A stretch of 41,758 nt of DNA from Ilumatobacteraceae bacterium (GTDB taxonomy: Bacteria > Actinomycetota > Acidimicrobiia > Acidimicrobiales > Ilumatobacteraceae), in assembly GCA_043786575.1 (NCBI GenBank), contig JAYVVY010000140.1:1-41758 (forward strand), given 5' to 3'. Each line of letters opens with the position of its first letter. Position 1 is the stretch's first letter. A program made the position numbers and the translations under genes. Below the pieces are notes generated by a model, which saw only the letters and a list, made by a program, of their open reading frames with translations, had not been told where the DNA came from and ran no database searches. Below, one piece after another: positions 18,376-27,358 of the stretch.

Positions 18376-19470
18376 TCACACGACGTAGCGCAGGATGGCG
18401 GCCGCGGGGCCGCCACCGGGAATGTCGGCAGCGCGCACCGCCAGCACTTGGCCGCTGGCCAGGAACACTCGACGTGCGATCTCGTCGACGATCCCGTAGG
18501 TGTCCGAAGCAGCGTCCTCGCTGTCAGCCGCGACGTCGAACGTCAGCGCGCCTGTCTCCTCGTCGATCGAGCCGGGCACGATCCCGTCGATGTCGACGAA
18601 CACGGTGTCGACGGCGCCGAGGGTGGCCAGGCGAGCGATGTCGGAGAGGTCGGTGGCAGCGCGTCCCTGTGAGAGCCGCTGATTGAACAGCGCTGAGGTC
18701 TCCGCCAACTGGGCGGCGTAGACCTCATCGAGAATGGTTCGCGCGCCGGCTGCGAGCTCGGCATCAGTTGCTTCCTCGGGGTTGCCCGGCCAACGGGTGT
18801 CGGCGAGGTGCGGGTAGGTGTTGACGGTGCGGTAGAGGGCGGCAATTCCCTCGGTTGCGGCGAGGATGAGCGGCAGGTCCGAACCGTTGAGAACGCCACG
18901 CAATGCATGGTCGATCTGGCGAACGTAGTTGCGGTCGCGGGCCATGAAGACCTTGTTCGAGCGTGGGTCCCACGCGTCGCTGGGAAGCTCGGCAACGGAG
19001 ACGTCCTGGGGTGCCGCGTCCGGCCCGATTTCCAGCAGCCGGACAGCACCCTTTGAGAGTGCAAGCACGTACGCGGCCTGCGGGAACGTAACGGCGCGCA
19101 GCAGCGGCTTGACGTGGAACCGGTCTGCGACCTGCACCAGCTCGGTCAGCTGATTGGGGAGCCGGAACGCCTGTGCGCTATCCGGTGTCACGAACACGGC
19201 CAGGCTGTCGGCCTGTCGGGTCCAGAACTCGTCGTCCTCGACGATGGCCTGAAGGCCTTCGTCCACTCTGCTGATGTCGCTAGCCGGTGCGCCGCTCTCA
19301 CGGAGGCGATCGAGAGTGGTCTCAACGAGGTTGGCAAAGGTCACTCTGTCGCTTCGTGCCCCCAGTGTGCTGCGGCTCGTTGGCAGAAAGATGGACACCG
19401 ACGATGCGGACCGGCTTTCCAGCAGTCGCTCAATCTGTGCACGGGTAGGAATGTCACTGTGGATTGTCAT
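18376..19470 (-). CDS. bacterial archaeo-eukaryotic release factor-like protein (baeRF family; eRF1/Pelota-fold), no GGQ motif
   Basis: 364 aa, soluble. The N-terminal pattern IPTRAQIERLLESRSASSVSIFLPTSR..., then DEFWTRQADSLAVFVTPD..FRLP, DRFHVKPLL, AAYVLALSKGAVRLLE and the C-terminal LGAVDTVFVD match my memory of the computationally defined baeRF families. No search was run and the subfamily is not assignable by eye. Confidence 0.5.
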   Translation of the reverse strand: MTIHSDIPTRAQIERLLESRSASSVSIFLPTSRSTLGARSDRVTFANLVETTLDRLRESGAPASDISRVDEGLQAIVEDDEFWTRQADSLAVFVTPDSAQAFRLPNQLTELVQVADRFHVKPLLRAVTFPQAAYVLALSKGAVRLLEIGPDAAPQDVSVAELPSDAWDPRSNKVFMARDRNYVRQIDHALRGVLNGSDLPLILAATEGIAALYRTVNTYPHLADTRWPGNPEEATDAELAAGARTILDEVYAAQLAETSALFNQRLSQGRAATDLSDIARLATLGAVDTVFVDIDGIVPGSIDEETGALTFDVAADSEDAASDTYGIVDEIARRVFLASGQVLAVRAADIPGGGPAAAILRYVV

Positions 19471-19652
19471 CGCTGGCCACCTCGCAGGCCCCTTGCGTTC
19501 GAGATCGAACGATTGTTGAGCGTAGAGATGGTGTAGCCAGCCGTGCAGACCCGAATCGGGTGGAATTGCTGACAGTGCCGGGCCGTCTTTCGACGAAATC
19601 GATCACGAGCAGCGTTGGGCACGTCCCCAGAAGGTCTGCCTAGGATCGGCGC

Positions 19653-22037
19653 GTGCGACATTCGCAAAGCGAACGTCAACGAGATGTGGGCGCCAAAACA
19701 GCAGTAGCCGATGGACCTCTGGTTCGCGTATCCCCTGTCATCGTTGGGAAGTTGATTCCACCGGAGGTTCCGGCGGGGGTCATCGTCCGCGACCGACTGC
19801 TGGATCCGTGGGGTGAGGGCAGCAGGGTACTGACCATCATCGCTGCCGCCGGTTGTGGGAAGTCGATCGCTGCACAACAGATCGTCGATGCTGACCACCG
19901 TCCCTTCGGGTGGTTGAACGTCGATTCGCTTGATTCCGACCCATCGACGTTTTGGCGGCACCTGATCGGAGCGCTCCGATGGGCGGAGCCCGCCATCGAC
20001 GACGGGCCCGAGCAATTGCTGGCTGCGCGAGGCGCCACAGATCCGGCCTTTCTTACCGCACTCATCTCCGCGATCGAGACTTCCGGCACTCCCGCAACCA
20101 TCGTTATCGACGGTGTCTCGGCGCTGACCGACAGGTCCGTGCTTGACGGGCTGGCACTCCTCATCGACAGAGTGGGCGATGTCGTTCGTTTCGTGGTCGT
20201 CGGCCGTCGTTTGCCGGAGCTGCCGATCGGTCGCTGGCGCGCGCAAGGCTGGGTGTGCGAGATCGATGACGACGCGCTGCGGTTTACGGAAGCGGAAGCC
20301 AACGATGCGATTGCGTTGCTACCCGACGTCGATCTTGAGCCAGCCGTTGCGGCGGCGGTTGCCGCCCGTGCGCAAGGCTGGGCGACAGGGGTCGTCCTTG
20401 CGGCGCGCTCGGTGACGGTGGCGGGCGATGCGGCGCTGGCTGCGCAACAGCTCAGTGGGGCTGACCGACTGTTCGCCCAGTACTTCGCGACCGAAATGCT
20501 GGATCAGCTGACCGCCGATGAGCGGCGCACAGTGCTGTCGCTGTCGGTGCTGCGAACCTTTGATGCGCAGCTGTGCTGCGACCTGCTGGGCAATGAGGCC
20601 GTTGCGGTCGCGCACCACGTGTGCGTGCATCCCGGTTTCCTGGCCAACCACGACCCACACACTGGCACCGTCCGCCTCCACCCGCTGATGCGCGAGATGT
20701 TGGAACACGAGCTGATGTGGCTCGACCCCGAACTTCGCCAGACACTTCATCGTCGCGCGGCGACTCTTCTGCAGGAGCGCGGTGATTTCAGCGGGGCGCA
20801 CCGTCATCTTGTCGCGGTCGGCGAAGTACAGGCCGCGGCCGAGCTAGTACTGCGGCCGGTGCTGGCACTGGTCGACCGTGGCGATCGCCTTGGTCTGGCC
20901 CAGCTGACTCGTCTGCTGCCGTTGGCCGCCGCACACGACGATGCCCCATTTGCATTCGATGTCGCCGTGGCGTGGCTTTTCGTTGGCAACCTGGCCGAGG
21001 CATCACGGTGGTGCGACACAGGCGATGAAATGATGCCGAGCTTTGACATTGCGCTGCGCCAGCGGAGCTGCGCGGTCAGGGGAATGATCGCGCTGCTGGG
21101 TGGAGAAGTCGCAGCGGCGCTTGCGCAGGTGGCGGAGTTCGAGCAAGCGGGTCACGCCGGAACGTCGACCGCCGTCGAAGGTCGCTTTGCGACCACAGCT
21201 GCCCGTGTGATGCTGGCGGCAGGTCGCTTTGACGATGCCGCAATGTGGGTGGACCGGGCTCTGACGATCGACGGTCCACCAGTCGTCACCGACGTCACCG
21301 TACCGGCCCTCGACGCCTGGTTGGCGTTCGCTCACGGCCAGTTGGGGCGCGCGACAGAGTTGGCCACTGCGGCCTGTGCTCGTGCAGAGGCACTAGGTGC
21401 CCGGCCGCATCACGGGGCATCGGAGGCGCTGGTCGTTGCTGGTTGGTGCCACGTTGCAGTTGGCGATCTGGCTGCGGCCAGCGAGAAGTGCGAGGCGGCT
21501 TGCGCTGATGCGGAGCTACTTGGAGTGCCGTGGAACCGTATTCGCGGAGGTGTGCTGGCGGCCGAGATTCAGCGGCTGAGCGGTGCGCCCGAGGCGGCGG
21601 TCGCCATATTGCGCGACCTACGCGCCGATCTGGATCTGCCGACGACCGCTGGTCACCTTGCCGAGGAGATCGACATTGTGGAGGCGTTGCTGCAGGAACA
21701 CCCAGCACTTGCAGATCATCCGCAACTCGCCAAGGTGCGCGCGGGTCAGGCCACACTGCGCGTTCGGGGCGCCGGCGCACATCATGATCGACTGACGCCG
21801 AGAGAGCTTCGCTTGCTGCACTTCCTGCCCTCGCACCTCTCCTATGCGGAGATTGGTGAGGGGCTGTTCATCTCCGTCAACACGGTGAAGACAAACCTGA
21901 AGGCGCTCTATCGCAAGCTGGGTGCAAGCACGAGAGCCGAGGCCGTGGAAGCAGCCGCTCGCGCTGGGCTTCTCAACGGGGGCAATGTCCTCACTGCCAG
22001 TGACGTTGCCACCGCCGCGAGAGCTTCGGCTCACTAG
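19653..22037 (+). CDS. LuxR-family transcriptional regulator of the LAL/MalT type (STAND P-loop NTPase, helical repeats, C-terminal HTH)
   Basis: 794 aa. P-loop IIAAAGCGKSIAAQQ, a long alpha-helical/TPR-like middle, and a C-terminal LuxR HTH LTPRELRLLHFLPSHLSYAEIGEGLFISVNTVKTNLKALYRKLG. Confidence 0.88.
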   Translation: MRHSQSERQRDVGAKTAVADGPLVRVSPVIVGKLIPPEVPAGVIVRDRLLDPWGEGSRVLTIIAAAGCGKSIAAQQIVDADHRPFGWLNVDSLDSDPSTFWRHLIGALRWAEPAIDDGPEQLLAARGATDPAFLTALISAIETSGTPATIVIDGVSALTDRSVLDGLALLIDRVGDVVRFVVVGRRLPELPIGRWRAQGWVCEIDDDALRFTEAEANDAIALLPDVDLEPAVAAAVAARAQGWATGVVLAARSVTVAGDAALAAQQLSGADRLFAQYFATEMLDQLTADERRTVLSLSVLRTFDAQLCCDLLGNEAVAVAHHVCVHPGFLANHDPHTGTVRLHPLMREMLEHELMWLDPELRQTLHRRAATLLQERGDFSGAHRHLVAVGEVQAAAELVLRPVLALVDRGDRLGLAQLTRLLPLAAAHDDAPFAFDVAVAWLFVGNLAEASRWCDTGDEMMPSFDIALRQRSCAVRGMIALLGGEVAAALAQVAEFEQAGHAGTSTAVEGRFATTAARVMLAAGRFDDAAMWVDRALTIDGPPVVTDVTVPALDAWLAFAHGQLGRATELATAACARAEALGARPHHGASEALVVAGWCHVAVGDLAAASEKCEAACADAELLGVPWNRIRGGVLAAEIQRLSGAPEAAVAILRDLRADLDLPTTAGHLAEEIDIVEALLQEHPALADHPQLAKVRAGQATLRVRGAGAHHDRLTPRELRLLHFLPSHLSYAEIGEGLFISVNTVKTNLKALYRKLGASTRAEAVEAAARAGLLNGGNVLTASDVATAARASAH

Positions 22038-22046
22038 GATGCACGA

Positions 22047-22850
22047 ATGCTGTCCACGACATCCCATCGCATTTCTTCGCTCACCACTACTCGTCGCTTG
22101 GCCGTCGCAACCATTGCCTGCGCGGTGGTGCTGATGAGCTGTGGCGACGACTCCACGTCGTCCTCCGATGCGGGCGAGGCGCCTGCCGCCGCCGACCTTG
22201 ACGGGCGCGCTTTCCTGTCCACCAAGGTCGAGGGCCAGACGTTGGTGGAGGGCACCAAGGTGACGCTGACGTTCACCGCCGACACGCTGTCTGCGGTTGC
22301 TGGCTGCAACACCATGTCGGGCGGCTACACCATCGAAGGCGGCACCCTCAAGGTGGGCACGATGGCGCAGACGTTGATGGCCTGCGACCCGGAGACTACT
22401 GCGCAAGATGCGTGGGTGAGTGCGCTGCTCACCGGCAGCCCCACGCTGTCGCTGGCCTCTGATGAGTTGACCGTGAAGGGTGCCGACACCACGCTGACAC
22501 TTGGTGACCGCACCAAGGTTGCCAACGAGAATGCGCTCGACGGTCGTACCTGGGACCTCGTGTCACTTGATGCCGCCACCGCTCCCGAGGGTGCGTACGT
22601 CTCAGTCGCCGATGGCAATCTGTACGTCGCCACCGGCTGCAACCGCGGTTTTGGTTCGGTCACGGTGACAGATGGCGCCATCGAGATCGGGCCCATCGCC
22701 CTCACCCGGATGGCCTGTGAGCCGGCTATCAACGAGTGGGAGCAGGCGCTCACCACCTTCCTCACCGGTTCGCTCGACTACGTGGTCACCGGCACCGACG
22801 TGACGCTCACCAACGGCACCCAGACGCTGACGCTGACCGAAGCACCCTGA
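22047..22850 (+). CDS. META-domain (HslJ-like) lipoprotein, two META repeats
   Basis: Signal peptide with lipobox VLMSCG. Two repeats are present: AGCNTMSGGYTIEGGTLKVG..MAQTLMAC and TGCNRGFGSVTVTDGAIEIGPIALTRMAC. It starts 10 nt after the LAL stop. Confidence 0.85.
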   Translation: MLSTTSHRISSLTTTRRLAVATIACAVVLMSCGDDSTSSSDAGEAPAAADLDGRAFLSTKVEGQTLVEGTKVTLTFTADTLSAVAGCNTMSGGYTIEGGTLKVGTMAQTLMACDPETTAQDAWVSALLTGSPTLSLASDELTVKGADTTLTLGDRTKVANENALDGRTWDLVSLDAATAPEGAYVSVADGNLYVATGCNRGFGSVTVTDGAIEIGPIALTRMACEPAINEWEQALTTFLTGSLDYVVTGTDVTLTNGTQTLTLTEAP

Positions 22851-22869
22851 TCCAACACTGATGGGTTGA

Positions 22870-25191
22870 TCAGGCGACCGGGAACCCAACCACCGGATCA
22901 CCGGTGGCAATTGGTGCGTCGAGGTTGGCCAGCGCACGCTCGCCGGCCTCGATGGCATCGAGCAGGTGGATGGAAATGTCGGCCACCTTCACTTCGCTCT
23001 CTTCCTTGCCGGCTGCCTTCACGCCGTCGTCCAGCATGATGTAGCAGAACGGGCAGGCGGTGGCGACACGGCTCGCCCCGGTGCTGATGGCTTCCATCGC
23101 ACGCTCGTCGTTCACCTTGGTGCCGACGTTCTCTTCCATCCACATCCGTGCGCCGCCGGCGCCACAGCACATGCCATTGGTGCCGTTGCGTGGCATCTCG
23201 ACAACCTCGATGCCCTTGATGCTGCCGACGACCTTGCGCGGCGCCAGGTAGACGTCGTTGTGGCGACCCAGGTAGCAGCTGTCGTGGTAGGTGATGCGCT
23301 CTTCCAGGGTGGCCTGGCTGACATCCAGCTGGCCGGTGCCGATCAGGTTCTCCAGCAACTGGGTGTGGTGGATGACCTCGTAGTTGCCGCCCAGCTGCGG
23401 GTACTCGTTCTTCAGCGTGTTGAAGCAGTGCGGGCACTGAGTGATGATCTTCTTCACGCCCATGCCGTCGAGCATTTCGATGTTGGGGACAGCGAGCATT
23501 TGGAACAGGTACTCGTTGCCACTGCGGCGGGCGCTGTCGCCGGTGCACATTTCGCTGGGCCCGAGGATGGCGACGGTGATGCCGGCCCGGCGCAGCAGGT
23601 TGGCCATTGCCTGCGTGACCTTCTTGTTTTTGTCGTCGAAGGAACCGGCGCAGCCGACCCAGTACAGGTACTCGGCTTCCAGCGGCTGGCCCGGGTCGAC
23701 CACTTGCACCTCGAGGTCCTTGGCCCAATCACCGCGCTCGCCCTGGTTCATGCCCCACGGGTTGCCCTGGTTTTCCATCGCCCGGTACGCGTTGCCCAGC
23801 TCGGCGGGGAAATTGCTCTCCATGAGCGAGAGGTAGCGCCGCATGTCGAGAATCTTGTCGACGATCTCGATGTTGACCGGGCAGATCTCGTCGCACGCAC
23901 GGCAGGTGGTGCAGGCCCAGATTTCCTCAGCGGTAATGCGCTCGAACAGTGAGCTGGAGCTGATGGTGATCTCGACATCGGTGCTCATCGGCGGGGTGAC
24001 GTGCCCGTGCGTTGCACTTGCGGCCATGACTTCACCGGTCTTGAGCACGATCTCGCGCGGGTCCAACGACTTGCCGGTGGCGTGGGCGGGGCACACGCTG
24101 GTGCAGCGGCCGCACATCGTGCAGGCATCGGTGTCCAGCAGCTGCTTCCAGGTGAAGTCCTCCACCACGCTGGCGCCGAAGCTCTCCAGTGAGGTCTCGG
24201 TGAGGTTGGGCATGGCCCGCATCGCGCCCTTGGGCCGGTCGCGATCCTTGAGGTACATGTTGAGCGGGCTGGTGAAGATGTGCCGCAGCATCGTGATGGG
24301 CAGCATGATCAAGAAGGCGGCGAAGGCCACCACGTGCAGGATCCAGGTGAGCTGGTGCCACAGCGTCAGCGTGTCGGCGCTGAGCCCGGTGAACAGACGG
24401 CTCAGCGGGTAGCCAACGAAGCTCCACTTTTCGTAGTTCGGGTTCTCGATCTCGGCGATGCGGAAGGCCTCGGCGAAGAAGCCGGTGACGGCGATGATGA
24501 AGAAGGTGGCGAGGATGGCCACGTGCTCGGGCTTGCTCTTGATGCGAATGCGGTAGGGCCGTTGGATGTAGCGGCGGGCGACGGCCCACAAGATGCCGCC
24601 GAGGAAGACCAGCCCGGCGAGATCACCGAAGAAGCTGTACGCCATGTAGGTACGGCCGTGCAGGAACTTCAAGCTCTCCGGCAGCTGATGGTCGATCTCC
24701 AGCACGGTGGTGACGCCGAGCAGGGCCATGAAACCGAAGTAGATCATCGAGTGCATCAGGCCCGCGCCGGCGTCGCGCAGCAGCGTTTGCATGTATGCGC
24801 CAGCGCGGAAGTCACGCAGGCGGTTCTTGACGTTCTTGCGGGTGGTACGGCGGCGGTCTGGCGCGCCACGTTCCCAGTTGCGCACGCGGTCAGCGAACTT
24901 GAAGGCACCCCAAATCAGCAGCATGGGGATGACCGTGTAGAACGCGACCTGAATGGCGCCGGGGATGCCCTCGAAGACCTCGCGCGTGACGGCGTTCTCG
25001 TTGTGCCAGTGCGTGAACTGCGGGATGATGCCCGAGGCGAGCGTGAAAACGCCCATGAAGATGCCAAGGCCAATGGCCAGCTGATGGGGCTTGAAACCCT
25101 TCAACCAGCTCTTCGCGGAGCCGCTCGTGGCGGCGCCTTCCTCGGTGTCATTGGCAGGGGAGGTATGCGTGCTCATAGCACTGGCCACCAT
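22870..25191 (-). CDS. membrane-anchored (Fe-S)-binding oxidoreductase, HdrD/GlpC-like (Rv0338c-type)
   Basis: 773 aa. An N-terminal polytopic NarI-like domain is followed by two 4Fe-4S motifs, CTMCGRCTSVCP and CTTCRACDEICP. Two cysteine-rich CCG-type domains follow (VGCAGSFD, CPHCFNTL, HDSCYLG, CCGAGGARMW). Confidence 0.88.
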   Translation of the reverse strand: MVASAMSTHTSPANDTEEGAATSGSAKSWLKGFKPHQLAIGLGIFMGVFTLASGIIPQFTHWHNENAVTREVFEGIPGAIQVAFYTVIPMLLIWGAFKFADRVRNWERGAPDRRRTTRKNVKNRLRDFRAGAYMQTLLRDAGAGLMHSMIYFGFMALLGVTTVLEIDHQLPESLKFLHGRTYMAYSFFGDLAGLVFLGGILWAVARRYIQRPYRIRIKSKPEHVAILATFFIIAVTGFFAEAFRIAEIENPNYEKWSFVGYPLSRLFTGLSADTLTLWHQLTWILHVVAFAAFLIMLPITMLRHIFTSPLNMYLKDRDRPKGAMRAMPNLTETSLESFGASVVEDFTWKQLLDTDACTMCGRCTSVCPAHATGKSLDPREIVLKTGEVMAASATHGHVTPPMSTDVEITISSSSLFERITAEEIWACTTCRACDEICPVNIEIVDKILDMRRYLSLMESNFPAELGNAYRAMENQGNPWGMNQGERGDWAKDLEVQVVDPGQPLEAEYLYWVGCAGSFDDKNKKVTQAMANLLRRAGITVAILGPSEMCTGDSARRSGNEYLFQMLAVPNIEMLDGMGVKKIITQCPHCFNTLKNEYPQLGGNYEVIHHTQLLENLIGTGQLDVSQATLEERITYHDSCYLGRHNDVYLAPRKVVGSIKGIEVVEMPRNGTNGMCCGAGGARMWMEENVGTKVNDERAMEAISTGASRVATACPFCYIMLDDGVKAAGKEESEVKVADISIHLLDAIEAGERALANLDAPIATGDPVVGFPVA

Positions 25192-25243
25192 AGTTGGCGG
25201 CCAATGGTCAGGTCGCTTTCAGATCGTGGTGCAGAATGCGGCC

Positions 25244-25870
25244 ATGCGTTCGATGCATCGGCTGTCCCAGGTGTTGCTGGTCTCGATGGTACTCATCGTG
25301 GTCGGCGCGGTGGCGGCGTGGGTTGCTGTTGGCCGGTTGGCGGATGCGGTGGAAGGTTCGCTGGTGCAGGTGGAGGACTCCATCGAGACGGCCAAGTTGT
25401 TGGCCGAGACAACCGCGTCGTCGGCTGCCGAGGTGGAGAAAGTGCTGCAGGTGGTGGGCGACGGGCTGGGCAGCACGAGCGATGCGCTGGCATCCACCCG
25501 TCAGGTCAGTGCCAACGTGCGCAAACTGCTGGGGGTTGTCGATTTCTTCAACCGCGTCGACGACCTGAAGGTCAGCCTGGAGGAGGCGGAAGCCTCGCTG
25601 CAAGAGGTGGAGACCAGCTTGTCGGATGCCAGCGACTCGGTGCTGGAGGCGGCCCCGGCGCTGCACCGCACGGTGCTTGCGCTGGAGAAGATTCCCGATC
25701 AGCTGGAAGCCACTCTGATCGAGGCCCGTCTTGCGCGTGAGCGTGTCGGCAACCAAACCTTCTTGTGGCGCGTTGCAATCTTGGCGGGGTGCCTCGCGGT
25801 GCTGGGCGGGCTGTGGACAGTGCGCCAGATTGCGCGAGCGCAAGCTGCCGGCGCGCCGCTGGAGGTGTAA
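25244..25870 (+). CDS. hypothetical bitopic membrane protein with long helical ectodomain
   Basis: Start chosen at ATG 25244 (MRSMHRLSQVLLVSMVLIVVGAVAAWV...); GTG 25226 is an alternative. It has two terminal TM helices flanking an A/E/L/S-rich helical region. The ORF-track start at 25091 overlaps the divergent Fe-S gene. Confidence 0.6.
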   Translation: MRSMHRLSQVLLVSMVLIVVGAVAAWVAVGRLADAVEGSLVQVEDSIETAKLLAETTASSAAEVEKVLQVVGDGLGSTSDALASTRQVSANVRKLLGVVDFFNRVDDLKVSLEEAEASLQEVETSLSDASDSVLEAAPALHRTVLALEKIPDQLEATLIEARLARERVGNQTFLWRVAILAGCLAVLGGLWTVRQIARAQAAGAPLEV

Positions 25871-26296
25871 TCAGCCGAAGTACTGGCGGTCGAGATCGCG
25901 GATGCGGCCGGCCAGGGTGGCGAGTAGCTTGTGTGCCAGTGCCGGTACCTGATCGAGCACGCCCATGAAGTGGCGCTGATCCAGCAGCAGCAACGTGCAG
26001 TCGGTCTCGCAGGTCACGGTGGCAGTGCGCGGGCCGTGATCGAGTAGCGACAACTCGCCCACCATCGTGCCCGGCCCGAACGAGCCGACCTTCTTGTTGT
26101 TGCGCTTCACTTGCACGGTGCCGCTGAGGACGATGAATGCTTCGCGACCGGTCTGGCCCTGGTCGACAATCAGCGAGCCCGCGGGCATCGTGATTTCGTC
26201 GCTAGCTTTCGCGATGCGCTCGAGGTCCTTAGTGGAGCAACCCTGAAACAGAGTGGCGTTGCGCAGGTGCTCAAGTTGTGCCTTTTTGCTGGACAT
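25871..26296 (-). CDS. stand-alone cyclic nucleotide-binding domain protein
   Basis: 141 aa. It has a cNMP-binding fold with phosphate-binding-cassette-like FGPGTMVGELSLLDHGPRTATV. Its stop is immediately adjacent (0 nt) to the stop of the convergent upstream gene. Confidence 0.85.
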   Translation of the reverse strand: MSSKKAQLEHLRNATLFQGCSTKDLERIAKASDEITMPAGSLIVDQGQTGREAFIVLSGTVQVKRNNKKVGSFGPGTMVGELSLLDHGPRTATVTCETDCTLLLLDQRHFMGVLDQVPALAHKLLATLAGRIRDLDRQYFG

Positions 26297-26494
26297 GAGC
26301 GAAGCGTAGCCCGATTGTCAACACGCGGGTTACGACACCCACCGGCGAGCGATCACCCGGTCTCGTTCGCGCTCGTCGTCGAATGCACTGACGAACAACG
26401 CACGAGCTGTCTCAGTGACCGACTACGGGCGATGCCCGAAGTCGGTCAGGACACGGACTTCCAACGGTTGCCCAACCTGCCGCGCTGCAGCTGA

Positions 26495-26565
26495 TCACGC
26501 GCCTGCGGGCGCGTGAGCCCGGAAACCATGTCGCACCCCCTGAGTACGCTGAGTCGAGCGAGCTC
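26495..26565 (+). repeat. structured repeat, copy A (hairpin tcacgcgcc-tgcg-ggcgcgtga, then GGAAACCATGT and core CCCCTGAGTACGCTGAGTCGAGCGAGCTC)
   Basis: Hand alignment to copies B and C. It overlaps the 5-prime end of the HNH ORF. Confidence 0.7.
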
Positions 26566-26767
26566 CAAGCAACGCCACCCCAGCACTCGGCAGAAGCGAG
26601 TAGTGAAGGAGCGCGATCAAGCCTGCGTCGATTGTGGTGCGAGCACGCTGCTGCAGTACGACCACGTCCCCGACTTCGACGTCACCCACCACACGGTGGT
26701 CGAGGAGCTGGAACTGCGCTGCGCCCCCTGCCACCAACGCCGCCACCAGCAGGGTGCGGCCGCTTGA
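26513..26767 (+). CDS. small HNH endonuclease domain protein (possibly a 3-prime remnant of a larger DUF222-HNH gene)
   Basis: 84 aa. HNH pattern ...RDQACVDCGASTLLQYDHVPDF....ELRCAPCHQRRH (CxxC...DH...CxxCH). An alternative start is ATG 26528 inside repeat copy A. An in-frame TGA at 26492-26494 separates it from an upstream open stretch. Confidence 0.6.
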   Translation: MSPETMSHPLSTLSRASSKQRHPSTRQKRVVKERDQACVDCGASTLLQYDHVPDFDVTHHTVVEELELRCAPCHQRRHQQGAAA

Positions 26768-26775
26768 TGAGCTGC

Positions 26776-26804
26776 TGTATGACAGAGTATGCTCTATGTA
26801 TGAC
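26776..26804 (+). promoter_or_regulatory. direct repeat TGTATGAC (26776-26783 and 26797-26804) in the AT-richest patch upstream of and overlapping the mazE start; candidate mazEF promoter/operator
   Basis: Seen directly. The 21-nt periodicity and local AT-richness in an otherwise GC-rich region support it. The function is inferred. Confidence 0.3.
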
Positions 26805-27066
26805 GATGCTCAGCTTCCGTGTGGACGATGACGATGTCGCCGCGATTCAGCGCTGGGCGACCGAGCTCGGTGTTGACCGTTCGGCTCTGTTGCGCGACGC
26901 AGTGCGCTTGCACTTGAACCGGCTCGCATCGGAACACGACGCCGAACGGTGGGCGAGGGTGCCACTCTCCGATGGTGAGTCGGCGTTGGCAGCAATCGCC
27001 GACTGGGGCCCGGCCGAAGATTGGGCCGATTGGGGCGGAGCAGGCGATGCAACTTCATCGCGGTGA
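26800..27066 (+). CDS. mazE: MazE-type antitoxin (ribbon-helix-helix)
   Basis: MTMLSFRVDDDDVAAIQRWATELGVDRSALLRDAVRLHLNRLASE... is an RHH N-terminus with an acidic/Trp-rich C-tail. It overlaps mazF by 20 nt. Alternative starts are 26779 and 26806. The ORF-track start at 26632 is an extension. Confidence 0.8.
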   Translation: MTMLSFRVDDDDVAAIQRWATELGVDRSALLRDAVRLHLNRLASEHDAERWARVPLSDGESALAAIADWGPAEDWADWGGAGDATSSR

Positions 27067-27358
27067 AATCTGGTTTGCAGCCACCCCCGACGGCGACCGC
27101 CCGGTGTTGGTGCTCACCCGCGATCCTGTCGCTGCCCGTATCGGTTGGGTAGTGGTCGCACTCGTCACTCGCACCGTCCGAGGGTTGGTGTCCGAGTTGC
27201 CGCTCACCCCGGTCGACGGGTTACCCACCGACTGCGTGGTCAACTTCGACAACCTGCACACGATCCCGAGTGACACCTTTCGACGACGAATTGCCGTGCT
27301 CGCCCCGGCTCGTCTGGCTGAAGCCTGCCGAACGCTCGCCGCAGCAACCGGCTGCTGA
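27047..27358 (+). CDS. mazF: PemK/MazF family endoribonuclease toxin
   Basis: 103 aa: MQLHRGEIWFAATPDGDRPVLVLTRDPVAARIGWVVVALVTRTVRGLVSELPL...NFDNLHTIP, a typical MazF fold signature. Confidence 0.88.
   Translation: MQLHRGEIWFAATPDGDRPVLVLTRDPVAARIGWVVVALVTRTVRGLVSELPLTPVDGLPTDCVVNFDNLHTIPSDTFRRRIAVLAPARLAEACRTLAAATGC

Noticed and set aside
24280-25740. 486-aa plus-strand ORF overlapping the Fe-S reductase gene. The same class includes 33077..34495(-), 36889..38007(-), 39793..40923(-), 6937..7899(-), 14799..15767(-), 10858..11694(-) and 12003..12854(-).
   Set aside because: All are antisense or off-frame to genes with clear family motifs and have a junk-like G/R/A/P-rich composition. They are long only because stop codons are rare at this GC content.
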